Origin: Tenuifilaceae bacterium | GTDB taxonomy: Bacteria > Bacteroidota > Bacteroidia > Bacteroidales > Tenuifilaceae | Length of the DNA stretch: 39,911 bases | Reading direction: 5' to 3' | Assembly (NCBI GenBank): GCA_035380045.1 | Contig: DAOSWM010000025.1 | Coordinates: 1 to 39,911, forward strand | Shown: positions 9,074 through 17,752 of the stretch, in pieces | Numbering within the stretch: the first letter of the stretch is position 1 | Layout of the letters: each line of letters begins with the position of its first letter | Notes under the pieces: generated by a model | Seen by the model: only the letters and a program-made list of their open reading frames with translations | Database searches by the model: none | Told to the model about the DNA's origin: nothing | Made by a program: the position numbers and the translations under genes

Positions 9074-10153
9074 ATGGCAAAAAAACTGGAAAAAACCGAG
9101 AATCCGCTCAGCCGAATCAAACTCAGCAGGGCAATTTACCCAATAATCATTGGGTTTGGAGTTGTTGGGTACATGTTCTATCGCGAATTCAACCCCGAAG
9201 CACTCACCCTACTAAACCTAACCAGCTGGAGTTTCGTTTGGCTAATTGTTGCCCTTGGGCTAATGGCTTTACGCGATATTGGCTACATAATCCGTTTAAT
9301 GCTGCTTTCCGAGGGGAAACTAACCCTAAAACAGGCCTTTCGGGTAATTATGCTTTGGGAATTCACCTCAGCCATTACTCCATCTGCCGTTGGCGGCACC
9401 AGCGTGGCAATTCTATACGTTAACAAGGAAGGCCTAAGCGTTGGGCGTAGCTCGGCCGTTGTAATGGCAACCTCGCTGCTCGATGAGCTATATTTCATAC
9501 TAATGTTCCCGCTGCTGCTTATTCTGGTAAAAGCAAAAATTCTATTTGGCATTAGCGGCATTGAGGGTGAAATATCATTTTCCAACGAGCTTTTCCTGTT
9601 TGCAATTGCTGGCTATAGTTTGAAGCTAATATATGTTCTTATTCTTTCCTACGGACTCTTCATCAACCCACGGGGGTTGAAATGGGTTATTCTAATGGTT
9701 TTCAAACTCCCTATCCTTAGGCGCTGGAAGTACGATGCCAACGATGCGGGTACCGAAATAATTGAGAACTCCAAGGATTTTAAAAAGAAATCGCTTTCGT
9801 TCTGGCTCAAGGCTTTTGGGGCAACAATCCTGTCGTGGACCTCACGCTACTGGGTTGTTAACGCATTACTTTTGGCTTTTTTCGCTGTCTCTGATCACTT
9901 CCTTATTTTTGCCCGCCAGCTGGTTATGTGGATTATGATGCTGGTTAGCCCAACTCCGGGGGGCAGCGGCTTCGCCGAGTTTGTTTTCAAAAGGTACTTG
10001 GGTGAATTCATCCCTGTTGAATCCGCCTCCATTGGTGCTGTTGCTATTGCCATGGCTCTTGTATGGAGGCTGGCTACCTACTATCCTTACCTAGTTGCAG
10101 GGGTTTTAATTTTTCCGAAATGGATTAGAACAAAATTTGGTAAAAAGGCATAA
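9074..10153 (+). CDS. Polytopic membrane protein, lysyl-phosphatidylglycerol-synthase TM-region/flippase-like family
   Basis: It has ~8 predicted TM helices. The TPGGSGFAEF motif and overall architecture resemble the MprF flippase-like TM domain. The family assignment is tentative. Confidence 0.45.
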   Translation: MAKKLEKTENPLSRIKLSRAIYPIIIGFGVVGYMFYREFNPEALTLLNLTSWSFVWLIVALGLMALRDIGYIIRLMLLSEGKLTLKQAFRVIMLWEFTSAITPSAVGGTSVAILYVNKEGLSVGRSSAVVMATSLLDELYFILMFPLLLILVKAKILFGISGIEGEISFSNELFLFAIAGYSLKLIYVLILSYGLFINPRGLKWVILMVFKLPILRRWKYDANDAGTEIIENSKDFKKKSLSFWLKAFGATILSWTSRYWVVNALLLAFFAVSDHFLIFARQLVMWIMMLVSPTPGGSGFAEFVFKRYLGEFIPVESASIGAVAIAMALVWRLATYYPYLVAGVLIFPKWIRTKFGKKA

Positions 10154-10154
10154 A

Positions 10155-10180
10155 AAAACCCACAAATAATGTGGGTTTGT
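10155..10180. terminator. Bidirectional terminator hairpin between the convergent membrane-protein gene and purQ
   Basis: AAACCCAC...GTGGGTTT hairpin flanked by an A-run on one side and a T-run on the other. Confidence 0.5.
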
Positions 10181-10202
10181 GATAGAATGTTGCTTTAGCT
10201 CT

Positions 10203-10901
10203 CTACACTTTCTCTTTAATAAACTTAATGAGCGATTCAAATATTAATCTACCATCGGTATTGCCTAACTCGTCATCGGCTGCTCGCTCGGGGTGAGGCA
10301 TCATGCCAAAAACGTTGAAACTGTCGTTGCAAACTCCGGCAATGTTTTCGAGAGAACCGTTAGGGTTTACCGATTCGGAAATGCTTCCGTTCTCATCGCA
10401 GTAGCGGAATAGTATTTGCCCATTAATTCTCATCACAGCAAGAATCTCTTTATCAGCATAGTAACGACCCTCGCCGTGCGCAATAGGAATTTTCAGTGCT
10501 CTGTTGCGAGGGAGGAAGACAGTTGGTGCTGCAGTTTTGCTGTCGGGAAGGATATACACATTTTTACACTCAAATTTCTGGCTGTTGTTATGAAGCAGAG
10601 CCCCCGGGAGCAATCCAGCTTCGCAAAGAATCTGAAATCCGTTGCACACACCAAACACGTAGCCACCCGAGTTGGCAAATTCAATAACCTTGTCCATAAT
10701 TGGAGAAAAACGAGCCAGCGCTCCTGATCGCAGGTAGTCGCCATACGAAAAACCTCCGGGAAGAACCACCACATCAACACCCTGCAGGTTTGTGTCCTTG
10801 TGCCAAAGTTCAACCACTTCTTGCTCCATGATGTTACGAAGCACGTAAATCATGTCGTGATCGCAGTTGGATCCGGGAAAAATCACTACTCCAAACTTCA
10901 T
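10203..10901 (-). CDS. purQ: Phosphoribosylformylglycinamidine synthase subunit PurQ (glutaminase)
   Basis: Class-I glutamine amidotransferase motifs are present, including GVCNGFQIL and the catalytic Cys. The N-terminus MKFGVVIFPGSNCD is PurQ-like. The ORF track extends to a TTG at 10955. The conserved ATG at 10901 is preferred. Confidence 0.85.
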   Translation of the reverse strand: MKFGVVIFPGSNCDHDMIYVLRNIMEQEVVELWHKDTNLQGVDVVVLPGGFSYGDYLRSGALARFSPIMDKVIEFANSGGYVFGVCNGFQILCEAGLLPGALLHNNSQKFECKNVYILPDSKTAAPTVFLPRNRALKIPIAHGEGRYYADKEILAVMRINGQILFRYCDENGSISESVNPNGSLENIAGVCNDSFNVFGMMPHPERAADDELGNTDGRLIFESLIKFIKEKV

Positions 10902-11216
10902 ATTTCCAATTGTAAATGATTTGCCCAAAGATAGAGATAAAAAAAAATTATGCAAGCAAAAAAAATGGTCAATTCATTTCCATTTTTCATTGCGACACTC
11001 TGGAAATGGAGCCGATATATCAAATATTTTGTGGTTTTTTTAGAACTCTGGTGAAGTTAAAAATCAGCGAACAACATATAAATCTGATTATCTTTATGTT
11101 ATCGTGGCGTCAGGTTAGGTAAAAACAGCTGTAAAACATACCCACAACCTTTATTTTTAGTACAAAATATTATCTTTAACTACTATTTTCGCAGCCAAAT
11201 TCAATGAGTAAAATCG

Positions 11217-11987
11217 ATGCGAGGTAGTCTAGTATTCATAATTACTTTATTTTTCATTTCTTTTTCTTTGTTTTCAAGTGAAACCGAAAAGAAATCGCCC
11301 CTAACCGAGCCATCAGAGAAAATACACATGGCATCGGATTCGCTGAAGTTCGATTTCTCCGCCGATTTCCGCTCGCGCCATATTTGGCGCGGAAATCTTA
11401 CCTGTAGCGCATGGAGCGTTCAGCCTACCATGAACCTTACCTCCTCAAACTTTCTGGTTGGCATCTGGGGTGCTTACACGGTTGACAACAGCTACACGGA
11501 GTTCGACCTTTACGCTTCGTACACCTACAAACGTTTCACCATTGCCATACTCGACTATTTTTGTCCCAGCGAAACGGTTAAATTCAACCACCTATTCAAC
11601 TATAGCAATAAAACAACAAAACACACGCTCGATGCGGTACTCAGCTTCAACGGAACCCAAAGATTCCCGCTGAGCATATCGGCCTCAACGCTGTTCTTTG
11701 GCGACGATAAAAACCCCAGTAATGGTGAAAACTACTTTTCCACCTATATCGAAGCCAGCTATAAATGGGAAGTAAGCGAGCAGCTTAAATCAGAATTTCA
11801 CGTTGGCCTCACTCCCTTCGAAGGTTACTACTCAACAGGGGCAAACGTGGTTAGCTGCGGCTTGTCGATAACTCAAAACTTGCAAATTTCATCAAGTTTC
11901 AAACTTCCGATAAATGGCAAACTCATTATCAATCCTAACACAGAGAATGTGTTCTTTGTGTTAGGGTTTACATTGGGATACTTCTAG
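11217..11987 (+). CDS. Hypothetical secreted protein, probable outer-membrane beta-barrel
   Basis: A signal peptide, alternating hydrophobic beta-strand pattern and a C-terminal aromatic residue (…GFTLGYF) typical of OM barrels. No family was recognised. Confidence 0.4.
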   Translation: MRGSLVFIITLFFISFSLFSSETEKKSPLTEPSEKIHMASDSLKFDFSADFRSRHIWRGNLTCSAWSVQPTMNLTSSNFLVGIWGAYTVDNSYTEFDLYASYTYKRFTIAILDYFCPSETVKFNHLFNYSNKTTKHTLDAVLSFNGTQRFPLSISASTLFFGDDKNPSNGENYFSTYIEASYKWEVSEQLKSEFHVGLTPFEGYYSTGANVVSCGLSITQNLQISSSFKLPINGKLIINPNTENVFFVLGFTLGYF

Positions 11988-12117
11988 AATTCTGGCAAAA
12001 AAATAAATTCAGCTCTCATTCACTCATCCGAAAAACACTCAACGCCAAACATTTTTGCTTTACTTTTTTTTAACTTTCCCTTTTTCCCCCTTCATAACCA
12101 TAAAAAAGCTTTATAAA

Positions 12118-12135
12118 CTTTGCAGATTAGCAAAG
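12118..12135 (+). promoter_or_regulatory. Perfect palindrome CTTTGC-AGATTA-GCAAAG in the promoter region upstream of the CheR-led cluster, overlapping a TTTG ... TATTTTTA Bacteroidota-type promoter candidate
   Basis: Read directly from the sequence. It lies ~130 bp upstream of the ATG at 12264. Confidence 0.25.
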
Positions 12136-12263
12136 TATTTATATTTTTAGCAAGTTAATTTTGTACAAAATGCCAATGACTTTTTCTGACTCTTTGGTAT
12201 TTTGCATATTTGTTTTTACACAAAACACAAGGACAGTAAAGCAAAAACTACCAAGAGCCCCCT

Positions 12264-13103
12264 ATGATAATTACAGATCAAGATCTTCAATATTTTGTAA
12301 GTGCTCTTAAGAACTCCTCTAAGTACGACTTTAGCGAATACTCGGACAAATCGCTCAAGCGTAGGCTTCAGAAGGTGATGGAAGATTTTAATTTAGATAT
12401 CACAGGGCTTATCTCAGCCATACGTAGCGATGCCGATTTTTCAGAAAAAATTGTAAAAGAAATTACCGTAAATACTACTGAACTTTTTCGGGATCCACAG
12501 GTTTGGCACACCCTTCGGTCTCGCATTCTTCCTCGTTTTAAAAACAACAAAACCATTAACATATGGCATGCCGGGTGTTCAACCGGCCAGGAGGTCTATT
12601 CAATGATGATACTCCTAAATGAGATGGGAATGTTTGATAAAGCAAAGATTTTTGCCTCAGATCTAAATACCGATGTCCTCGATGCAGCCAAGAAGGGGCT
12701 GTATAAATACCGTTTCAATATTGGGTATCTTGATAATTTCGACAAGGTTATTAAACAAAACCCATTAAACTACGAAGAGTTTAATGACGTTCCATACGAA
12801 ACTTATTTTGATATTGACAAGGTTAGGGACTCCATTTCCATGAAAAAGTTTTTAACTGAAAAACCCATATTCAGGAAGCATGACTTGGTGAAGGACGGGA
12901 ATCTCTTTTTTGCCAAATTTGACCTTATTCTATGTAGAAACGTAATAATTTATTTTAACTACTCGTTGCAGAACAAAGTATTCGAACTCTTCCATTCAAA
13001 CCTATACAATAAGGGCGTTTTGTTACTAGGTATGCACGAAACAATACTGGGGCCATGGGCCGCTAAGTTCGACAAGATGGGGCAAGCTTACATTAAAAAA
13101 TAA
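12264..13103 (+). CDS. cheR: CheR-type protein-glutamate O-methyltransferase (standalone)
   Basis: It has the CheR N-terminal helical domain and the SAM-binding signature: FFRDPQVW...INIWHAGCSTGQEVYSMMILL...IFASDLN...LILCRNVIIYF. Confidence 0.8.
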   Translation: MIITDQDLQYFVSALKNSSKYDFSEYSDKSLKRRLQKVMEDFNLDITGLISAIRSDADFSEKIVKEITVNTTELFRDPQVWHTLRSRILPRFKNNKTINIWHAGCSTGQEVYSMMILLNEMGMFDKAKIFASDLNTDVLDAAKKGLYKYRFNIGYLDNFDKVIKQNPLNYEEFNDVPYETYFDIDKVRDSISMKKFLTEKPIFRKHDLVKDGNLFFAKFDLILCRNVIIYFNYSLQNKVFELFHSNLYNKGVLLLGMHETILGPWAAKFDKMGQAYIKK

Positions 13104-13129
13104 TTTTGCAGTTATAATCAGTTTTAGGC

Positions 13130-15502
13130 ATGAAGTTTTTAAAAAATATGAGCATCAAACAAAGAATTCAACTTTTGGTTGTCACCCTAATGGTTGTACT
13201 CTTTTCTGCTTCTGCCATTATAGCATACTACATGCTCCGCAAACAATCACAAATATCCACTGATAAGCAAACGATGCTATACCTCGGTCAGCTGGAAAAA
13301 ATTATAACCCTCATTAACGAAAACACTGAACCTGGCTTCGATCACAACGACTACATCCAAATTAAACCATACTTCACCCAAAACCCCTACTTTAAAACCG
13401 ATTACCCTTTTCTAATCGACATTTCTGGCAACTATCTGATTCATCTATACAAAGAAGGTCAGAAATTCCCGCGTGAGCAACTAAAAGAAATGCTCACTAA
13501 CCCTGAAAAAAAAGGTGTAATTATATACGAAGACTATAAGAACGCCCAGCAACAGATCGTTTCACTTTATTTCAAAAAAATTGAACCCTACAACTCTTTC
13601 GTTGCGATTCCCATAAATCATGATGAGGCGTTCTCCCACCTGCAAAACAGCATACTAATTCTTTTAGCCATTGCGATAGCATGCACCCTCATTTCCTTTT
13701 TTATTATCAGGAGAACCTTAAACCCACTGATAAAGGCAATTAACACAGTAAGTAAAAGTCTTAACCTCCTGTCAACAGGACAGGTAGCTCCAAAGATTAA
13801 TTATTTACAAAATGACGAGGTTGGACAAATTGTTCTACCGCTCAATTCTCTTATTGATGGGGTTCAACGAACAACGCTCTTTGCAAAAAGAATAGGTAAA
13901 AGTGAACTCGATGTTGAATTCATCACCATGGGGGAAAATGATGAGCTTGGTAATTCGTTGCTTGAGCTGAAAAACAGCATGCTAAAAACTGCAAAGGAAA
14001 ACGAACAACGAAAACTTCAGGATGAGCAACGGAACTGGAGTACTTCTGGAATTGCAAAGTTTGGTGATATCCTGCGTCAAAACAACAACAACCTTCAGTT
14101 TCTCTCCGACAGTGTTATTCAAAATTTAGTTAACTATCTCAACGCAAACCAGGGAGGCCTATTTATTCTTAACGAATCCGATAACACCCCATACCTTGAA
14201 CTCATTTCGGCTTTCGCATTCAACCGTAAAAAGGTTAAAACAAAAACTATCCATGTAGGAGAGGGACTCGTAGGGAATTGTGCAATAGAAAAACAAACTA
14301 TTTACCTAAAAGAAATTCCCGAAGATTACATTGAGATTACGTCTGGGCTTGGTGATGCTCCTCCAAGTTCGCTTCTCATTGTACCCCTCAAGCTTGAAGA
14401 TAAAATTTTTGGAGTAGTTGAACTTGCTTCATTTAATGAGTTTCAACCTCATGAAATTGAATTCGTTGAAATAATAGGAGAAAGCATCGCCTCTACCCTC
14501 TCCGCTGTGAAAAATAACATCCGAACCAATGAGCTCCTAGAACAATCGCAGCAACAACGTGAAGAAATGGCTGCTCAGGAGGAGGAAATGCGGCAGAACA
14601 TGGAGGAAATGCAAGCCACGCAGGAAGAGATGGCACGCAAAACCCTCGAGATGGAAGGTATGACATCTGCCATTAATGAATCGTTAGCTTTTGCGGAGCT
14701 AACCGAGGAGGGAAACTTCATAATGGCGAATCCAAACTTTTTAAGCCTAACAGGTTACGGAAAAACAGAAATTGAGAATAAACGTATCAACGACTTCATT
14801 CACTCCGACGAGGCTGCGATCTTCAACAAAAACTGGAAGAACATTGTGATAGGCGAACCCTTTAAGGGAACGCTCAAGTGGGTGAACCATAGCGAAGAGG
14901 AATTGTATGTGCTTGCAAGCATAAGTCCTGCCTTCGATGAAAGCGGACGTATTTTTAAAATATTCTTCCTGGGTCAGGATGTTAGCGAATCAAAAAAAAT
15001 TGAGTTGAAAGCCCAAGCGCAAGCCGAAGAGATTGAAAAGAGTTTAATGGAACTCGAGATGGAACAGGAACTATCCAAGCAACGCGAAGAGGAAATGGAT
15101 GCTTTGCTTCAAGCCCTCGACACCACCTGCCTTGTAACACAATTTGAACCCGATGGTCGCATTACATACATCAACAATAAAAACGTTGAAACACTTGGCG
15201 ATCCAAAAAGCAAAATTGAAGGGAAACTCCATTCCGAACTTGATTTTCAAGCTAAAAATAATCCCCAAGAGTACAAACAGTTCTGGGAAGACTTGCTTCT
15301 GGGCATTCAAAAAACCAGAGAATTTTCACTCAACGTTAGCGGAAAAAATATCTGGATTTCAGAACACTACACCCCTATTAAAAATACAGAAGGGAAAGTT
15401 ATTAAAATTATTAACATCGGAATCGACATATCTGCCTCGAAAGACACGGAAAAAAAATTGAGGGAAACTGTTAACTCCTTAAAAAAGGACAAGGAAAAGT
15501 AA
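13130..15502 (+). CDS. Membrane sensor protein: TM-periplasmic region-TM-HAMP-GAF-coiled coil-PAS-coiled coil-PAS, with no recognisable output domain
   Basis: A TM helix, a ~150-aa extracytoplasmic region and a second TM helix (ILILLAIAIACTLISFFII) are followed by a HAMP-like segment. The GAF motif is ITSGLGDAPPSSLLIVPLKLEDKIFGVVELASF. The EE-heptad helix EEMAAQEEEMRQNMEEMQATQEEM resembles MCP methylation helices. Two PAS-like blocks follow. No kinase, cyclase or phosphatase domain is present. Confidence 0.7.
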   Translation: MKFLKNMSIKQRIQLLVVTLMVVLFSASAIIAYYMLRKQSQISTDKQTMLYLGQLEKIITLINENTEPGFDHNDYIQIKPYFTQNPYFKTDYPFLIDISGNYLIHLYKEGQKFPREQLKEMLTNPEKKGVIIYEDYKNAQQQIVSLYFKKIEPYNSFVAIPINHDEAFSHLQNSILILLAIAIACTLISFFIIRRTLNPLIKAINTVSKSLNLLSTGQVAPKINYLQNDEVGQIVLPLNSLIDGVQRTTLFAKRIGKSELDVEFITMGENDELGNSLLELKNSMLKTAKENEQRKLQDEQRNWSTSGIAKFGDILRQNNNNLQFLSDSVIQNLVNYLNANQGGLFILNESDNTPYLELISAFAFNRKKVKTKTIHVGEGLVGNCAIEKQTIYLKEIPEDYIEITSGLGDAPPSSLLIVPLKLEDKIFGVVELASFNEFQPHEIEFVEIIGESIASTLSAVKNNIRTNELLEQSQQQREEMAAQEEEMRQNMEEMQATQEEMARKTLEMEGMTSAINESLAFAELTEEGNFIMANPNFLSLTGYGKTEIENKRINDFIHSDEAAIFNKNWKNIVIGEPFKGTLKWVNHSEEELYVLASISPAFDESGRIFKIFFLGQDVSESKKIELKAQAQAEEIEKSLMELEMEQELSKQREEEMDALLQALDTTCLVTQFEPDGRITYINNKNVETLGDPKSKIEGKLHSELDFQAKNNPQEYKQFWEDLLLGIQKTREFSLNVSGKNIWISEHYTPIKNTEGKVIKIINIGIDISASKDTEKKLRETVNSLKKDKEK

Positions 15503-15529
15503 GGTTAAGTTGCTGACTAAAACGAAACG

Positions 15530-16360
15530 ATGGTACGATACGAAATAGGCATAGTAGAAACACGAAACGTAATCAAAACTTTACTTGAAACCTTTGATTA
15601 CGACTTTAGCGATTATGCGCTTACCTCATTTAAGCGAAGACTTGAAGATATTATTATTAACAACGGACTGAAGGATGCCGATGGATTAATTTACAGGCTA
15701 AAAAACAACAAGGACTACTTCGAATATTTCCTCCGTGAAATAACTCCTGAAACAACTGAAATGTTTCGCGATCCTTCACTATGGCGAACACTCCGCGATG
15801 ATATTATTCCTGATATCACCAGAACATCAGGAAAATTAAAATTCTGGGTTGGCAATTTCGATTCGGGGGAAGATTTATATTCGCTCTGTATCACCCTCAA
15901 CGAATTGGGCATCCTAAACGAATCAACTATATACTGTTCAATCATCAGCAATGTAATTGAACATAAAATAAAAAGCGGTAAAATCGACTTTAAGCAGGTT
16001 GAAACCAATGAAGCGAACTATACACGCTGTAACGGCGACAAAAACTACTCCGATTACGTTACCGTTAACAATGGAATGGCTACAATTGATACCAAACTGA
16101 TTGAAAACGTTACCTTCCTGAAGCAAAACACCCTATTCAACAACTGTCCTAACAGCGTTAAACTTCTACTTTTCAGGAACCAGATTATTTACTACAACCA
16201 ATCGTTACAGGATAAAATAATAAATAACATCTCAAATAGTTTGGTCGCAGGAGGGTACCTGGCCATTGGCGCAAAAGAAACCTTGGATAATACAAATACA
16301 AGCAATAAATTTACCGTGATTAACGATGCCGAAAAAGTTTACAAAAAGAAAACAGGTTAG
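15530..16360 (+). CDS. Divergent CheR-like methyltransferase paralog (SAM-binding glycine/cysteine motif degenerated)
   Basis: The CheR N-terminal motif MFRDPSLWRTLRDDIIPDI is present. The canonical G-C-S-T-G-E-E-x-Y-S is replaced by GNFDSGEDLYS. The C-terminal LLLFRNQIIYYN corresponds to the CheR LIFCRNVLIYF. It is therefore CheR-fold but possibly catalytically altered. Confidence 0.65.
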   Translation: MVRYEIGIVETRNVIKTLLETFDYDFSDYALTSFKRRLEDIIINNGLKDADGLIYRLKNNKDYFEYFLREITPETTEMFRDPSLWRTLRDDIIPDITRTSGKLKFWVGNFDSGEDLYSLCITLNELGILNESTIYCSIISNVIEHKIKSGKIDFKQVETNEANYTRCNGDKNYSDYVTVNNGMATIDTKLIENVTFLKQNTLFNNCPNSVKLLLFRNQIIYYNQSLQDKIINNISNSLVAGGYLAIGAKETLDNTNTSNKFTVINDAEKVYKKKTG

Positions 16361-16366
16361 TAAATT

Positions 16367-16927
16367 ATGTATAAAGCAGTTATAATAGGAGGTTCTGCAG
16401 GAAGTTTTCAGGTGATAACTAAAATTCTAAGTTCATTACCACAAAACTTTCATTTACCTGTGCTTCTTAGCCTTCACAGGCTAAAACATGTTCGAAGCGG
16501 ATTCGTTGAAGCCCTTTCCATCAAGGCCTCAATACCTGTTATCGAACCATATGATAAGGATCAGATTAAACCCGGCAAAGCATACCTAGCCCCAGCCAAC
16601 TACCATATGTTTGTTGAATTGGGAAATAAAATTGCTCTTTCAACGGAAGAACCCGTAAATCACTCGCGTCCATCCATCGACCTTTCTTTCACTACTGCAG
16701 CCCAAGTGTACCGCGATAAACTAATCGGCATAATACTCTCTGGCGCCAACAAGGATGGTGCTTACGGCTTAAAAAAAATTAAGGATTATGGTGGGATTGC
16801 CATTGTTCAAGATCCTGAGGAATGCCAAGTTAAAACAATGACCGAGTCATCGCTTCGACTCACAAAAGTCGACCATATTTATAGAACAAATGAGATTATT
16901 AGATTTTTACAAAATCTTAAACCCTAA
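16367..16927 (+). CDS. cheB: CheB-type protein-glutamate methylesterase, catalytic domain only (no receiver domain)
   Basis: The catalytic triad context is conserved: GGSAGS (Ser), NHSRPSID (His) and SGANKDGA (Asp). At 186 aa it lacks the N-terminal REC domain. Confidence 0.8.
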   Translation: MYKAVIIGGSAGSFQVITKILSSLPQNFHLPVLLSLHRLKHVRSGFVEALSIKASIPVIEPYDKDQIKPGKAYLAPANYHMFVELGNKIALSTEEPVNHSRPSIDLSFTTAAQVYRDKLIGIILSGANKDGAYGLKKIKDYGGIAIVQDPEECQVKTMTESSLRLTKVDHIYRTNEIIRFLQNLKP

Positions 16928-16939
16928 CCCCGATGCCCA

Positions 16940-17749
16940 ATGAAAAAACTCTCATTCAAATCGAGATTTAGCCACGGCATCCTGCTGTTAATACTTCTTT
17001 CCGGAGCCATAACTTCGGCATTAATAATGCATAACATCATCCTACAGCTAGGCGGCAGAATATCTCTTATCCCCATCATTCTTATACTTTTTGCAATTGG
17101 GGCTGGAGTTATGCTATACCAGAAAGCAGCATCAAATTACCGGCAGTTTTACAAAAAAACAGAAGAGCTAGAACATCTCAAAAAAGCCGTTGAACAAGCA
17201 CGTAAAGCAGAGGAAGAGAAAGAAGTAGCAAAAAAAAGTAAGGAAAACCAAGAGCAAACAGTTGTCGACTTCGACGCTGAAGTACAATCGGTTATCCCCC
17301 TTGAAACCTTTGAAAACAACGAACAGTACATAGAGAAACTGCTAGCCAACGTCGCTAATAAGTTTGAAATCGTTCAGGGAATTGTTTTTCTCTACAACCC
17401 ACAGAAGAAGAAATTCTGCTTCTCTGGAGGTTACGCATACTTCTCAGAAGAGATTCCAAGAGAGTTTTCTGAAGGTGAAACACTTTCAGGACAGGTTGCA
17501 AAAAACAAGATTCTACTTAACCTCGACAATGTTCCCGAAGGTTACATTACAATCCTTTCGGGTCTTGGGAAAGGAACCCCAAAAAACCTAATTATCGCAC
17601 CTGTCCTCACTGCTCAAAGCGAATGTATTGGCGTAATTGAGCTGGCTTCATTTAAGCCCTTTACAAAGGATTGTGAAAAAGTATTCGAACTACTGGGCAA
17701 GTCCGTGGGCGTACAAATTGAAAATAAAACCCTAAGCAATGAGGAGTAG
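16940..17749 (+). CDS. Small membrane protein with two TM helices, a coiled coil and a C-terminal GAF domain
   Basis: The TM helices are ILLLILLSGAITSALIM and LIPIILILFAIGAGVMLY. The coiled coil is EELEHLKKAVEQARKAEEEKE. The GAF motif ITILSGLGKGTPKNLIIAPVLTAQSECIGVIELASF is paralogous to the GAF domains of the two flanking large sensors. Confidence 0.6.
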   Translation: MKKLSFKSRFSHGILLLILLSGAITSALIMHNIILQLGGRISLIPIILILFAIGAGVMLYQKAASNYRQFYKKTEELEHLKKAVEQARKAEEEKEVAKKSKENQEQTVVDFDAEVQSVIPLETFENNEQYIEKLLANVANKFEIVQGIVFLYNPQKKKFCFSGGYAYFSEEIPREFSEGETLSGQVAKNKILLNLDNVPEGYITILSGLGKGTPKNLIIAPVLTAQSECIGVIELASFKPFTKDCEKVFELLGKSVGVQIENKTLSNEE

Positions 17750-17752
17750 TTT

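Noticed and set aside
9037-9423. ORF 9037-9423 overlapping the start of the flippase-like membrane protein gene
   Set aside because: It is in an alternate frame of a convincing polytopic membrane CDS. Its Trp/His/Arg-rich translation is typical of out-of-frame reading of hydrophobic codons.
10416-10813. ORFs antisense to purQ (10416-10727, 10493-10813, 10496-10687)
   Set aside because: They lie inside a highly conserved purQ CDS and have no supporting motifs.
10916-11122. ORF 10916-11122 in the purQ/OM-protein divergent intergenic region
   Set aside because: It is a 68-aa low-complexity peptide with no ribosome-binding context or homology signal. The region is more likely a promoter. Partial inverted repeats (TTCCATTT...AAATGGA) were noted but are too weak to call a riboswitch.
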